Part shown: positions 48,190 to 58,678 of the stretch, piece by piece
Layout: each line of letters begins with the position of its first letter
Numbering within the stretch: position 1 is the stretch's first letter
Virus record (IMG/VR): IMGVR_UViG_3300007513_000031
Location: 8-64,007 of that record
Source of the DNA: a virus
Taxonomy: Duplodnaviria; Caudoviricetes
Length of the DNA stretch: 64,000 nt
Reading direction: 5' to 3' (one strand)
Notes under the pieces: model-generated
Database searches by the model: none
What the model was told of the DNA's origin: nothing
What the model saw: the letters and a program-made list of their open reading frames with translations, nothing else
Position numbers and translations under genes: made by a program

Positions 48190-48905
48190 AAATATACATA
48201 GGTTGGGATTCAAGAGAAGACATAGCATTTCAGGTTGCTAGACACTCAATATTAAAAAGAACAAAAAGCGATGTTGAAGTTGTTCCAATTAAACAATACG
48301 AATTAAGAACTGCAGGAATTTATAATCGTCCTATTGATAAAAAAGCATCAACAGAGTTTAGTCTTACACGTTTTGCTGTTCCTATATTAAATGATTATAA
48401 AGGTTGGGCAATATTTGTTGACTGTGACTTTTTATGGTTAAGTGATGTAAAGGAAATATTTGATATGGCTGATGACAAATATGCTGTAATGTGCGTTCAT
48501 CACGATTATAAACCAAAAGAAGAAGTTAAAATGGACGGCAAACAACAATTTGCTTATCCAAGAAAAAACTGGAGTTCAATGATGTTATGGAATTGTGGAC
48601 ATCCGTCCAATAAAAAACTTACTAAAGAAGTTTTAAACAACGAAACTACACCGTTCTTACACAGATTCCGCTGGCTTAAAGATGAGGAAATTGGTGAAAT
48701 ACCTTATCAATACAACTACCTAGAAGGTTGGTATAAAACTAATGATGCTAAAGTGGTTCACTATACACGTGGTGGGCCGTGGTTTGAAAATGGTTACATA
48801 CCAGAAGACATTGGACTTAAATCATGGAATGACGTTGACTACGGTAAAGAATGGAGACAAGAAGAACAAGAATATATTAAAACTAAATTCCTTGCGAGGA
48901 ATTAG
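48186..48905 (+). CDS. Glycosyltransferase (GT-A fold, GT8-like)
   Basis: IYIGWDSRED, STEFSLTRF, FVDCDFL (DxD), YPRKNWSS, HYTRGGPW. Confidence 0.85.
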   Translation: MKIYIGWDSREDIAFQVARHSILKRTKSDVEVVPIKQYELRTAGIYNRPIDKKASTEFSLTRFAVPILNDYKGWAIFVDCDFLWLSDVKEIFDMADDKYAVMCVHHDYKPKEEVKMDGKQQFAYPRKNWSSMMLWNCGHPSNKKLTKEVLNNETTPFLHRFRWLKDEEIGEIPYQYNYLEGWYKTNDAKVVHYTRGGPWFENGYIPEDIGLKSWNDVDYGKEWRQEEQEYIKTKFLARN

Positions 48906-48914
48906 TTATGTTTA

Positions 48915-49346
48915 ATGAACTGGGAAAAATTAAGAAAACCTCATTATCACAAAGAACCGGTTGAATACATTTACGCAACTGGCATTTTTAATCTTAAAGA
49001 ATACGATAAACTTTACGAAAACCAAAACAACCTTTCTCACCAAATTTGGCAAGACTTTGATACCAAATATAAAATTGGTTTTGAATTTTTTAAAGACTTA
49101 CGTGAGTTTAATAAAAATAAAGAAGTAATTTGTTTATGGTTTTTTAAAGAAAGATCTGATAGGGAAGCCGGTAACGATATAGATCTAAAAGGAAAAATTA
49201 TAAAATATCAACCTAATACATTTTTAATAACAAGATCTAAAAACATAAAAATAATTAAAAGGAAATCAGTTTTACCTAACAGACCGGTTTTACAATTAGA
49301 TTTAAGCATAAACAAATACAATAAAATTATAAAAATAGTAAGATAA
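48915..49346 (+). CDS. Degenerate 2OG-Fe(II) oxygenase-like protein
   Basis: N- and C-terminal similarity to 49611 (EP..Y; Y.PNTFLI; R..LQ) without an obvious HxD..H triad. Confidence 0.4.
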   Translation: MNWEKLRKPHYHKEPVEYIYATGIFNLKEYDKLYENQNNLSHQIWQDFDTKYKIGFEFFKDLREFNKNKEVICLWFFKERSDREAGNDIDLKGKIIKYQPNTFLITRSKNIKIIKRKSVLPNRPVLQLDLSINKYNKIIKIVR

Positions 49347-49356
49347 CTAATAGTAT

Positions 49357-49611
49357 ATGAACCACAAAGAAAGAATGTTACAGAAAATAGAACAATTAGG
49401 CTTAATTGTTATTCATACAGAAATTGCACCATATGGTTCTGGAACTCGTAGATATATGGTTGGACGGAATATAGAAGCACCTGAAAAATCTCATCAAATG
49501 GGCAGTGGTAAATGGCAAATGACTAAAGGTGTACAGGAATGGCTTACACCCGAACCACTTAATGGACCAGACTTAGAAGCTTGGTTAAAAGATTACGAAA
49601 ACTTTCATTAA
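49357..49611 (+). CDS. Hypothetical protein
   Basis: 84 aa ORF within the operon. Confidence 0.55.
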   Translation: MNHKERMLQKIEQLGLIVIHTEIAPYGSGTRRYMVGRNIEAPEKSHQMGSGKWQMTKGVQEWLTPEPLNGPDLEAWLKDYENFH

Positions 49612-50219
49612 TGATTGGGCAAAATTTTGTTGATAAATGCATTAGCACAGATGTAATTACTACTCCATGGCCTCATCAAATTATTGAAAACACATTTGAT
49701 GAATCTGTATTTGAAAAATTAAAAACACAATGTATTGAAAAATTAAATTTTCCAACAACAGAATTAGTACAAATTCATCCAAAAGATTATAAAGAATATG
49801 GAATAGATTTTTATAACGAAACTTTGAATATATGTGAAAGTTTATATGAAAATATAAAAGTGTTATGTGGCAAGTATCCAAAGCATAGATGGTATGAAAA
49901 CCTAGGAGTCAATGTACATATATCTGTTACTCCACCATTACCATGGCAGTTTCACATACACCAGGAAGGTCTTGAAAAAATTTGGAGTGCTGTAACATAT
50001 GTCTCGCCAGAAAATAATGTTGGGACTAAATTTTATACAGCACAAACTAAAGATGCCTACGTAGGCGAAGCAAAATGGAAACCTAATAATACATTTATTT
50101 TTTGTGGACAAGAAGGACATACTTGGCACTCATATGAAAGTAATAAAAATACTAACCGTATTACATTTAATACTTTTATTATGAAGTATAGAAAAAGAGT
50201 AACTTTTTATACCAATTAA
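49611..50219 (+). CDS. 2OG-Fe(II) oxygenase superfamily protein
   Basis: PWPH, HxE (HQE), GT.FY, WKPN..FIF, TWHSY, RITF. Confidence 0.7.
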   Translation: MIGQNFVDKCISTDVITTPWPHQIIENTFDESVFEKLKTQCIEKLNFPTTELVQIHPKDYKEYGIDFYNETLNICESLYENIKVLCGKYPKHRWYENLGVNVHISVTPPLPWQFHIHQEGLEKIWSAVTYVSPENNVGTKFYTAQTKDAYVGEAKWKPNNTFIFCGQEGHTWHSYESNKNTNRITFNTFIMKYRKRVTFYTN

Positions 50220-50818
50220 TTTTTCCAGTACAATTTATCTATTTGATTAACTTTTCCATGATCCCCTATAATGGCACTACTGTTAAATCCTAAACTTTGC
50301 ATAAATAGGTCCATCTCATCTACATCAGGTATAAGAGGTTGTTTAGGGTCTTTATATAAATTTACCTCGTTTAAAACATAAGTTGCTCTTTTAAAAATCT
50401 CCGGCGAGCCTTTCATTACTAAAAGTTCTGCACCTTGTACATCTTGTTTAATAAAATCATAAGTTGCATCGTTGCCAACAATAGATTTAAGTGTTTGCAT
50501 TTTTCTTTTTTCTACTGCTTGTGAAGGAAATGTGTCAATTCCAAATATGTTTGATCCTTTAGTATAAGTTATTTTATGGCCTTTAATCTGTCTTAAGTGC
50601 ATATCTACTTCTTTATTTTCGTTTCCTAATACAGCAATAAAAACTTCATTTGCACATTTTAATAATCTTCCTTCGTGTTTTTTTCCTGCTTCTATGCAAG
50701 TATAATGTGCATCAGGCCAAAATTCTTTCACATCTCTAGTCCAACTTCCGTTCCATGCACCTAAATCTAAAATTTTTTTTGGTTTAAAATCTAAATTTTC
50801 TAAATATTCGTACATCAT
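50216..50818 (-). CDS. FkbM-family SAM methyltransferase
   Basis: ILDLGAWNG, IEA, FIKQDVQGAEL.V.KG. Confidence 0.85.
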   Translation of the reverse strand: MMYEYLENLDFKPKKILDLGAWNGSWTRDVKEFWPDAHYTCIEAGKKHEGRLLKCANEVFIAVLGNENKEVDMHLRQIKGHKITYTKGSNIFGIDTFPSQAVEKRKMQTLKSIVGNDATYDFIKQDVQGAELLVMKGSPEIFKRATYVLNEVNLYKDPKQPLIPDVDEMDLFMQSLGFNSSAIIGDHGKVNQIDKLYWKN

Positions 50819-51483
50819 GCTCTATAAAATACTATGTCTGGCCAGATTTTTATAAGAATTTTAAATCCTAAATTTTTTATATACTTTTCAACCTCTAAAT
50901 TACTTGAGCCATATTTTTTTGTATTATTATTAAGCTCTACCATAATATACTGTACATTAGATTGGTTCTCATCGTTGAATGTTAAAGTCTTATAGGCACC
51001 TTCAAGCACACGCATTTCATACCCTTCGACATCTATTTTTATCATATCTACGTCATCATAATTCCAATAATCAATATTAAACATTTGAACATCTTGAATA
51101 TTGCTAGATTCTTTTCCTACTCTAGTATTTTGTGTTGCACTTTCTTGTGTTAAAGACACATTACAAAGTTTATCTCCTATTGCAAGTTTATTGCAAGTAA
51201 CATGATTAAATGGTCCCATATTTTTTTGCAAACATTCAAAATTTGTTTTATTTGGTTCAAAAGCAATCACACGTTTACAATAAGGTTGCATTGTCTTGCT
51301 CCAAGTACCACACCAAGCACCTACATCTAAAACAGTTTTAAATTTTTTATTTTGTGAATTACAATATTGTACAAAACTTTTTAAACATTTATCTTGCATA
51401 TGTGGAGCACCTTTTTTCCTCCATTGTTCTATTTGAGCATCATCTGATGGTAGCCAAAGATCGTTTATTTTTTCTATGTTCAT
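50815..51483 (-). CDS. FkbM-family SAM methyltransferase
   Basis: VLDVGAWCG, AFEPN, IKIDVEGYE..VLEGA. Confidence 0.9.
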   Translation of the reverse strand: MNIEKINDLWLPSDDAQIEQWRKKGAPHMQDKCLKSFVQYCNSQNKKFKTVLDVGAWCGTWSKTMQPYCKRVIAFEPNKTNFECLQKNMGPFNHVTCNKLAIGDKLCNVSLTQESATQNTRVGKESSNIQDVQMFNIDYWNYDDVDMIKIDVEGYEMRVLEGAYKTLTFNDENQSNVQYIMVELNNNTKKYGSSNLEVEKYIKNLGFKILIKIWPDIVFYRA

Positions 51484-52292
51484 AAAATACCTTTATCCAT
51501 TAAAATTTCTATAGCAGTTCCGTTTGTAAATTCTTCAGGTGTAAATTGTTGATAGGCTAAACTATTTAACCATGGTTCTGGGTCAGCATAAAAAGGTTCT
51601 TCTATATCTGCTAAATGTAAATTACCCATTGCCTTAGCAAAACTTTTTTCATCACAAAATACAGGTTTACCCATACACACTGCTTCAATGGCACTAATTG
51701 AACAACTTGTTACACACGCCCAAGCATCTTTTAAATCTTCAGAAAGTGGAACTGTTGCCTCACTTGGTCCTGATGTTCCTCTACCTCTGGGTTTTTCTCT
51801 AACCTTGATTGGCCTGTCTGTATATCTTTTAATTTCTTCTACTGTTTCTTGTATCCAGTTTGGCCTATCTAAATAATTGTGTATTCCTGTTGAACTAGGA
51901 CAAACTAATATATGAGATCCTGTTAAGGTTGGTGCTTTTATTGTGATATTAAACTTGTCAAATCTATCAGACTTACAATCTTTTATAAAAGGAACGTGTA
52001 TTCTACTTTTACAAATACGCCAATAATGGTTGTCTGGTTTTAAATTATTATTATCAAATCTTCCAAAATATGGTGTATCAGTAAACCAAAATTGCTGTTT
52101 ACGTGCTTCTAATTTTTTAATTAGTTGTAAGTTATTATTAACAAATCCCCAAAACATTGAATTAGCTAAAGGCTCTGTTGCAACACTATTATCATTTACT
52201 ATAACTTGTTCAGGCCAAGACTTTTCAACTCCATTAAACACTTCCCATGCCTTGCTATTTGGATTATTAAATGGTGCGTAAATTGTTAGCAT
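51480..52292 (-). CDS. KpsS/KpsC-like (capsule synthesis) GT-B glycosyltransferase paralog
   Basis: ILVCP, IKVREKP, CVTSCS.SAIEA...GKPVF, LAYQQFT.EE. Confidence 0.6.
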   Translation of the reverse strand: MLTIYAPFNNPNSKAWEVFNGVEKSWPEQVIVNDNSVATEPLANSMFWGFVNNNLQLIKKLEARKQQFWFTDTPYFGRFDNNNLKPDNHYWRICKSRIHVPFIKDCKSDRFDKFNITIKAPTLTGSHILVCPSSTGIHNYLDRPNWIQETVEEIKRYTDRPIKVREKPRGRGTSGPSEATVPLSEDLKDAWACVTSCSISAIEAVCMGKPVFCDEKSFAKAMGNLHLADIEEPFYADPEPWLNSLAYQQFTPEEFTNGTAIEILMDKGIL

Positions 52293-52932
52293 CTATAAAT
52301 TCTTTCAGTTCGTTTGCCCATTGTGTATGTCCTTTAACTGATGGGTGTGGGTCGTTTGGACTTACAATCATGTTTTCTTTCATTACAAAATCATAATGAT
52401 TACTATTAAATTTAAAAAACCTTTTTTCATCTATGCTTTCAACTATTTTATTAAAGTCAGCATTATTTAAATTAACTGCATTAGGTAAAGCATTGTACAT
52501 TACATATGGAATTTTGTTTAATTTAAAATACGTTTGTAAGTCAAAAACATGATCTAAAAAATTCATTGTAGCAGTATCATCAATATCCCAGCCGAGATTT
52601 GAATTAACAAATCTAAGTTGATCTGCAACTTTCCAAGTACGCCAAGTTAACTCCATATTAGGTATTCTACCTTTTTTCCAACCATCGTTAGTAACATAAT
52701 CATTTCTAAATAAACTAGACCAACCTATAACTGCAAATGTATCTTTGTATCCGTTTTGTTCAAACCATAATTTTGTAGTAAAGCTGATCCGATCATTGCC
52801 TCTGCCTCCCATAGCTAGATTAAATAATTGTAAATTATATTGTTCAGCAAGTATTTTTGTTACAAATGTATTAACATCATCTTTAGGACGAGGACCTAAA
52901 AAACTACAACCATTTGAAAACAATTTAGACAT
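52267..52932 (-). CDS. SGNH/GDSL hydrolase-like protein
   Basis: NGCSF, NLAMGGRGN, DPHPS..GH..WA. Confidence 0.75.
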   Translation of the reverse strand: MSKLFSNGCSFLGPRPKDDVNTFVTKILAEQYNLQLFNLAMGGRGNDRISFTTKLWFEQNGYKDTFAVIGWSSLFRNDYVTNDGWKKGRIPNMELTWRTWKVADQLRFVNSNLGWDIDDTATMNFLDHVFDLQTYFKLNKIPYVMYNALPNAVNLNNADFNKIVESIDEKRFFKFNSNHYDFVMKENMIVSPNDPHPSVKGHTQWANELKEFIDANNLRTI

Positions 52933-52961
52933 ACTGCTATTTTATAGTATAATTATTTAAA

Positions 52962-54056
52962 ATGCAAACAGTGAAAAATATTACCAGCATAAAATACTTC
53001 TTAGATCGTTTTGAAACAGTGGATAATGAGTACTCTTTTGACGTGAAATATCACGAGAAGGCACCTAAAACACATTTTCATAGTTTGCCAACTTTTGTTG
53101 CTGAGTTTAGGAACTGTTCAGTTAATACTTTGCCTTGTTTAATTACTGAGGATAGACATCTTATAACTGAAAATGTTTGGCCTTTATTACACAAATACAA
53201 ATACAAACCCCAAAAAATCCACGGTTTATGGAATGAATGGACTAACCCTACTATTGATATTGAAATACCTACAATTAAAAAACAACTTGACGGTGCAGGT
53301 AGATTTGTTTGGTTGCCTATAGACAAAGAGAGTGCAAACAATCCGTGGCATATATGGATTGATGTTATATCAAAATTTAGATTAATAGAAAAAAGAGGTG
53401 TATTAAATTTTTCAAGATTCATTTATGTATTAAGCAATCCTAGTGCTTACTTTGATAAAGTTGCTAAAGAAATGTTTCCAGATTTAAAATATTATGTTAT
53501 GCCTGAAGGAGAAACTTGGCGTTTCCAACATTTAATTGTTCCGTCAATGAGCAATCATGATGATGGTATAACAACACCACATCTTCCAGCTTGGCTAAGA
53601 CATTTTAAAGGACTGTTTGGTTTAAAAGGTTTAGAACCACATAGAAAAATAATTGTATTAAGACCTGGTGCAAAAACAAGAAAACTAGTTAACTCAGCCG
53701 AACTAGTACTAGCATTAAAAGGTTGGGAAACAGTTGCATTAGAAAATATGACTATAAAAGAACAATTTAAAACTTTTGCAGAAGCAACTCATATACTAGC
53801 GGCCCATGGTGCAGGACTAATAAATTTACTTTGGTGCAAACCAGATACAAAAGTAATTGAAATACAAGATAGAAGAATGCTACATAAAAAAGTTTATCCT
53901 TTATTATCTCATCATTTAGGATTAAAACACGAATTACACCTAGCAACAACAATACCAATTGGATATCAAAATAAAAAACCTAAAGGGGTCAAAAGAATCA
54001 ATGACTTAATAAATTTTGAGGTTAATATACCAGATTTAATTAGGCTTTTGGATTGA
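52962..54056 (+). CDS. Glycosyltransferase family 61 (DUF563)
   Basis: N.WH...D, R.LVN..EL, EQ...F..A..I.AAHGAGL.N.LW..P.TKVIEI. Confidence 0.85.
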   Translation: MQTVKNITSIKYFLDRFETVDNEYSFDVKYHEKAPKTHFHSLPTFVAEFRNCSVNTLPCLITEDRHLITENVWPLLHKYKYKPQKIHGLWNEWTNPTIDIEIPTIKKQLDGAGRFVWLPIDKESANNPWHIWIDVISKFRLIEKRGVLNFSRFIYVLSNPSAYFDKVAKEMFPDLKYYVMPEGETWRFQHLIVPSMSNHDDGITTPHLPAWLRHFKGLFGLKGLEPHRKIIVLRPGAKTRKLVNSAELVLALKGWETVALENMTIKEQFKTFAEATHILAAHGAGLINLLWCKPDTKVIEIQDRRMLHKKVYPLLSHHLGLKHELHLATTIPIGYQNKKPKGVKRINDLINFEVNIPDLIRLLD

Positions 54057-54075
54057 TATCGTTTAAAATTATAAT

Positions 54076-54891
54076 ATGATTTATTGTGTAAAAACTGAAA
54101 GACATAACACAGAAAAGTACATTGAAAATATAGCTAGAGGTTTACCAAACTCTAAACTTGTATCATATAAAGAAACAATTAATTCAACCGATGCTAAAAA
54201 AGTTGCGTTTATGGGATTTTTGCGAGGAAGTAATTTGGTATATAGATGGGCCGAAACAAAAGGAATAGACTTCTATTATCTTGATAGGCCTTATTGGGGA
54301 GAAAGTAGAGGTACACCTTACTGGATGAGATGTACTAAAAATCAACACGTTAAAACAATCGTTGATAACAAACCCGATGATAGATTTAAACAAACATTTA
54401 AAAATGAAATACTGCCTTATCATAAAAACGGAAAATATATTTTAGTCGTTCCACCTAGTCATTCAATTGCATTAATGTTTAATGGTGGTTCATGGTTAGA
54501 AGATACACTAAAAATATTGAAGGAGAATACAGATAGAGAAATAGTTATTAGAGAAAAACCTTATAATCCTAAATCATTTTTTGATGGTGAAGGAAAGTTA
54601 ATGCCTGGACCAAGTGCAAATAAACAACCACAAAAACCATTTGAATGGGATCAAGTTCATGCAGTTGTAACATTTAATAGTTCAATTACAATTAAAGCAT
54701 TAACAAACGGTGTACCTTGCTTTGCTAACTTTGAAAACCCTTGTTTGCCTATATGTGAGCAAGACTTTAGTAAAATAGAAACACCTATATACGAAGATCC
54801 TAGACCAGTGTTTCATTCACTTGCTTATGGTCAATTTACACAAGAAGAATTTAGAAGCGGATACGCTATGGAGATATTAGATGGACGTTGA
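54076..54891 (+). CDS. KpsS/KpsC-like glycosyltransferase paralog
   Basis: YYLDRPYW, ILVVP, IVIREKP, VVTFNSS....AL.NGVPCF, LAYGQFT.EE. Confidence 0.6.
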   Translation: MIYCVKTERHNTEKYIENIARGLPNSKLVSYKETINSTDAKKVAFMGFLRGSNLVYRWAETKGIDFYYLDRPYWGESRGTPYWMRCTKNQHVKTIVDNKPDDRFKQTFKNEILPYHKNGKYILVVPPSHSIALMFNGGSWLEDTLKILKENTDREIVIREKPYNPKSFFDGEGKLMPGPSANKQPQKPFEWDQVHAVVTFNSSITIKALTNGVPCFANFENPCLPICEQDFSKIETPIYEDPRPVFHSLAYGQFTQEEFRSGYAMEILDGR

Positions 54892-55888
54892 GATATTTAG
54901 ACGTACAGTAAAAGATCGTAGACGTGGCGCTAGTTGGGATCTTTTAAAATATATGGCAGAAGGAATTAAAGCTGTTGGAGATAATCCTATTATGGTTAAT
55001 GAAAATAAAACAGGTTCATGGACTGAAAACGAAATGGAGCCTACTGCTAAAATAGGTTGTATGTTTGGCTACGGTGGTTCAAAACAAATGCATCATACTA
55101 AAGGTAGACGAAGGGATTTAGTTGAACGTGCAAAGAAAAAAGGCATTTACATTATTACTTTTGATGGCGGTATACTATCAAGTTTTGGCAATACAATAAC
55201 AGATCCTAATCATCATTGGCGTGTAGCATTATATTCTCCAATGAATAATGGAAACTTTTTAAGTGATAATAGTCCACCAGATAGGTGGGAAAAAATGAGA
55301 GCATTGTGGAAAATAAAATACGAACCATGGCGGAAATCCAATCCAGAAGATCCAATATTATTTGTACTACAACCAAAAGATAATTGGAGTATGAACGAAT
55401 TAGATCCTATTGATTGGTTTAATGATGTACATAAAAAACTAAGACCATTAACAAAAAGAAAATTTTTAATACGTCCACACCCAAATCACATGGCCGCAAT
55501 GGAAAATAGAAAAAACGAATTTCCTAAAGATTGTGAACTTATAATAGGACAAAAGTTTTTTAGTGGTGATGAGAAAAAGCATTATAGATTCAACTTCCAA
55601 GACGCATTAAATAATTGTCATGCTGTTATTACTCACAATTCTACTGCCAGTATCGACTCTTGCGTTCGTGGAATTCCTACCTTTGTTACCTCAGATCTTG
55701 CAATTTGTTGGCCTGTAGCAAACACTGTTTTAGAAGATATAGAAAATCCAAAATATCCTGATAGAACACAGTGGGTTCATGACTTGGGTTATAAACAATG
55801 GACAGAAAAAGAAATTAGAGACGGCACAGTGTTTAAACGTTTTAAAGAGAAATTATTTCCATTATATAAGGCAAACAATGAAAAGTAA
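54881..55888 (+). CDS. KpsS/KpsC-like glycosyltransferase paralog
   Basis: ILFVLQ..D, LIRPHP, VITHNST...S..RGIPTF, LGYKQWT.KEI. Confidence 0.6.
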   Translation: MDVEIFRRTVKDRRRGASWDLLKYMAEGIKAVGDNPIMVNENKTGSWTENEMEPTAKIGCMFGYGGSKQMHHTKGRRRDLVERAKKKGIYIITFDGGILSSFGNTITDPNHHWRVALYSPMNNGNFLSDNSPPDRWEKMRALWKIKYEPWRKSNPEDPILFVLQPKDNWSMNELDPIDWFNDVHKKLRPLTKRKFLIRPHPNHMAAMENRKNEFPKDCELIIGQKFFSGDEKKHYRFNFQDALNNCHAVITHNSTASIDSCVRGIPTFVTSDLAICWPVANTVLEDIENPKYPDRTQWVHDLGYKQWTEKEIRDGTVFKRFKEKLFPLYKANNEK

Positions 55889-56693
55889 AAGAATATCGAA
55901 TCCTGAGAAATATCCGCGGAGGATCATTTTACTAAGATATCAATATAAGTTTTGTCATTACTTAATATCAAGTTTTCCTCGTTGTGGGCGTACTTGGGTA
56001 AAATATTTTTTAGGTTATTATATTTCAAAAAATTACAATGTTGCTTATAAAAAACAATTAGATAAAAATAGATTGTCGGAACCAAATCTTGGCATACCTC
56101 TAATATTGTTTAGACACGACTATCTAAGTCTGCCGGGATTTATCCCATGGGAAGATTATTTTAATATAGTAAAAGAAAATAAATTTTTATTTGAAGAAGC
56201 GATGGAACGACAAAAAATAATATATTTGTTTAGAGATCCAATAGATGTATTGTTTAGTTTTTGGCCATACCTACAAGATATTCCTTATAAAAATTTTGAA
56301 TGCCCAAAGCATGAAAATATTATAAGTTTTGCTGGAGAAAAATATTGGGGCATGGACAGCATTATTAATTTTATGAATTTACAATTAGATCATCATGACA
56401 AACACAAAAAGAAAAAACTAATTATAAAATATGAAACCCTTAAACAAGAGGACAAGGAATGGAAAAAAATAATAAACTTTATATTTGGGCAGTTTAATGA
56501 AGAAGCATTTGAATATGCTAAAGAACAAACTACTTGGAATAAACTGCAACCTACTAACCCAGCTTTTTTTAGAAAAGGCAGATCAAATTATATAACTGAA
56601 TTACAAAAGGAGCAACAAAAAATATTATTAAACTGGCCAGGATTAGCAAAATTAAATGAAAGAATAAAAAAAAATTATGACTTATATTGTTAA
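55878..56693 (+). CDS. Sulfotransferase domain protein
   Basis: [32 protein letters not shown]. Confidence 0.8.
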   Translation: MKSKRISNPEKYPRRIILLRYQYKFCHYLISSFPRCGRTWVKYFLGYYISKNYNVAYKKQLDKNRLSEPNLGIPLILFRHDYLSLPGFIPWEDYFNIVKENKFLFEEAMERQKIIYLFRDPIDVLFSFWPYLQDIPYKNFECPKHENIISFAGEKYWGMDSIINFMNLQLDHHDKHKKKKLIIKYETLKQEDKEWKKIINFIFGQFNEEAFEYAKEQTTWNKLQPTNPAFFRKGRSNYITELQKEQQKILLNWPGLAKLNERIKKNYDLYC

Positions 56694-57012
56694 CGACAAA
56701 TGTATTAAATGTAAACTAATGGACTGTATTGAAGTTTGTCCTGTTGATTGTTTTTATGAAGGGGAGAATATGCTAGTCATAAAACCAGATGAATGTATAG
56801 ACTGCGGAGTATGTGAACCGGAATGTCCTGTAGATGCAATCGAACCTGATACTAACGAAACGGCAAATAATTGGATTGATCATAATACAAAGTACAGCGA
56901 ATTATGGCCTGTAATTACAAAAAAAGGAACTCCACCAGAAGACGAAGCAAAGTGGAGAGGTGTTCCAGATAAGTTTAAACACTTTAGTGAAAAGCCTGGA
57001 GGACAGGGTTAA
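56677..57012 (+). CDS. fdxA: 7Fe ferredoxin (FdxA type)
   Basis: [37 protein letters not shown]; C-terminal W.GV.DK...FSE.PG.G. Confidence 0.95.
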   Translation: MTYIVNDKCIKCKLMDCIEVCPVDCFYEGENMLVIKPDECIDCGVCEPECPVDAIEPDTNETANNWIDHNTKYSELWPVITKKGTPPEDEAKWRGVPDKFKHFSEKPGGQG

Positions 57013-57013
57013 T

Positions 57014-58678
57014 ATGTGTGGCATATATGGAATAACAGCAAGAGATCCTGAATTTATAAATCAATATATTAACAAGTGTAAACATAGAGGACCCGATGGG
57101 CAAGGTGTTTGGCACGACGATACTGTTACATTAGGACATAATCTTTTAAGCATCATGGCTGATCCCGGTGTATCTAAACAACCATGGCGTACACCTAAAG
57201 GAAACAGATTAACTTACAACGGTGAGATATTCAACTACTATAAACTTAAACAAAAATATAAAAACTTTAAAGACACAACAGGTTGTGATACAGAACTATT
57301 AGCATGGGGTCTAGATACATATGGGTTAAACTTTATAGACGAAATAGATTCAATGCATGGCTTTGCATACTATGACATGGCAAAAAAAGAAATTATATTA
57401 AGCAGAGACCATGCAGGTATAAAACCTGTGTACTATGCAGAAACAAAAGAAGGGTTAGTGTTTGGTTCTGAAATAAAAGGTATGTTAGATAAAGTCCCTA
57501 ATTCACGTTCCATAGATAATTTAGCAATGAGTTGTTTGGCACATACAGGTATTAATGCTACACGTAATACTGTGTTTAGTGGAATTAAAAAATTATTAGC
57601 AGGTGAAACAATAGTTTATAACATATCAAATAAAAAAATAAAATCACATAAAAGAATTTTTATAAAACCAAACAGTAATCTGGATTTTGATCCCGAAGGG
57701 TTCAGAAACATGGCACGTAAAACAGTAAAAATGTGTAGTATTGGGAGAAGAAAAATTGGAGTATTTTTAAGTGGTGGGTTGGATTCAAGTTTAATTGCAT
57801 ACGAACTTAAAAATATAATGGGAGAAGCAAACACTTTTACTAACCAGATGAACCCAAATATAATTAGTGGTGGTGAAAACTATAACGAAGATGCCATCTG
57901 TGCTCAAGTATTAGCTGATCAAGAAAACTTTAATCATAAAGAAGTAATAATTACACCTAAAATAATAGAAGACTACTGGGATGATTCGATTTATTTTATG
58001 GAACAACCTGCATATAATCCAAGTCTTGCCATGTATTGTTATACTAATAAAGTATTACATGACAATGGTATAGTAGTAACAATGGCTGGTGATATGGGTG
58101 ATGAAATACTAGGTGGGTATCCAAAATATTGGAAAATGAAAAAACTTAAATTTAAAAGCTGGGCCGCTATTATTGATCATTGGACTCGCAGAATAAAACG
58201 TCCAATAACACATATTAGGGCAACTGTTAGTGGATTGAAGACATGGTTGCTTGTGGATACGAATAATGTGCGTAAGGAACTACTCAAATGCTATCCAGAC
58301 GATTTATGGAATCCCGAAGACCCAATTGGTTCTTATATGGCATTAGATTGTATTACTCAAGTACCAGAAGAATTTTTTAATAGAAATGACAAGTATGGTA
58401 TGGCATATGGTATGGAAGGACGTTTTCCGTTAGCAACTAAAATGTTTATGCAATATTGTATGAACATACCTAGTCATTTTAAAATTGGGTCTGCAAAAGG
58501 TGATACAAAAATGTTATCAAAAATTGCTTATAGCGAAAGACTACCTGATAAAATTATTACAAAAATGAAAACGGGTTGGACTGTACCATTACGAGAATGG
58601 TGGAATAAAAATACCAAAGCAGATATACCAGCAATGATAGTAAAAGATTGGATTAAAACTTATAAAATAAAAACGTGA
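57014..58678 (+). CDS. asnB: Asparagine synthase (glutamine-hydrolysing)-like amidotransferase
   Basis: MCGI N-terminal nucleophile, HRGPD, YNGEIFN, LSGGLDSS, GDMGDE..GGY, E.R.P. Confidence 0.9.
   Translation: MCGIYGITARDPEFINQYINKCKHRGPDGQGVWHDDTVTLGHNLLSIMADPGVSKQPWRTPKGNRLTYNGEIFNYYKLKQKYKNFKDTTGCDTELLAWGLDTYGLNFIDEIDSMHGFAYYDMAKKEIILSRDHAGIKPVYYAETKEGLVFGSEIKGMLDKVPNSRSIDNLAMSCLAHTGINATRNTVFSGIKKLLAGETIVYNISNKKIKSHKRIFIKPNSNLDFDPEGFRNMARKTVKMCSIGRRKIGVFLSGGLDSSLIAYELKNIMGEANTFTNQMNPNIISGGENYNEDAICAQVLADQENFNHKEVIITPKIIEDYWDDSIYFMEQPAYNPSLAMYCYTNKVLHDNGIVVTMAGDMGDEILGGYPKYWKMKKLKFKSWAAIIDHWTRRIKRPITHIRATVSGLKTWLLVDTNNVRKELLKCYPDDLWNPEDPIGSYMALDCITQVPEEFFNRNDKYGMAYGMEGRFPLATKMFMQYCMNIPSHFKIGSAKGDTKMLSKIAYSERLPDKIITKMKTGWTVPLREWWNKNTKADIPAMIVKDWIKTYKIKT

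Noticed and set aside
57014-58678. AsnB as a nitrogen-assimilation auxiliary gene or lasso-peptide cyclase
   Set aside because: Intact glutaminase domain and glycosyltransferase context favour glycan amidation; no lasso precursor or peptidase nearby
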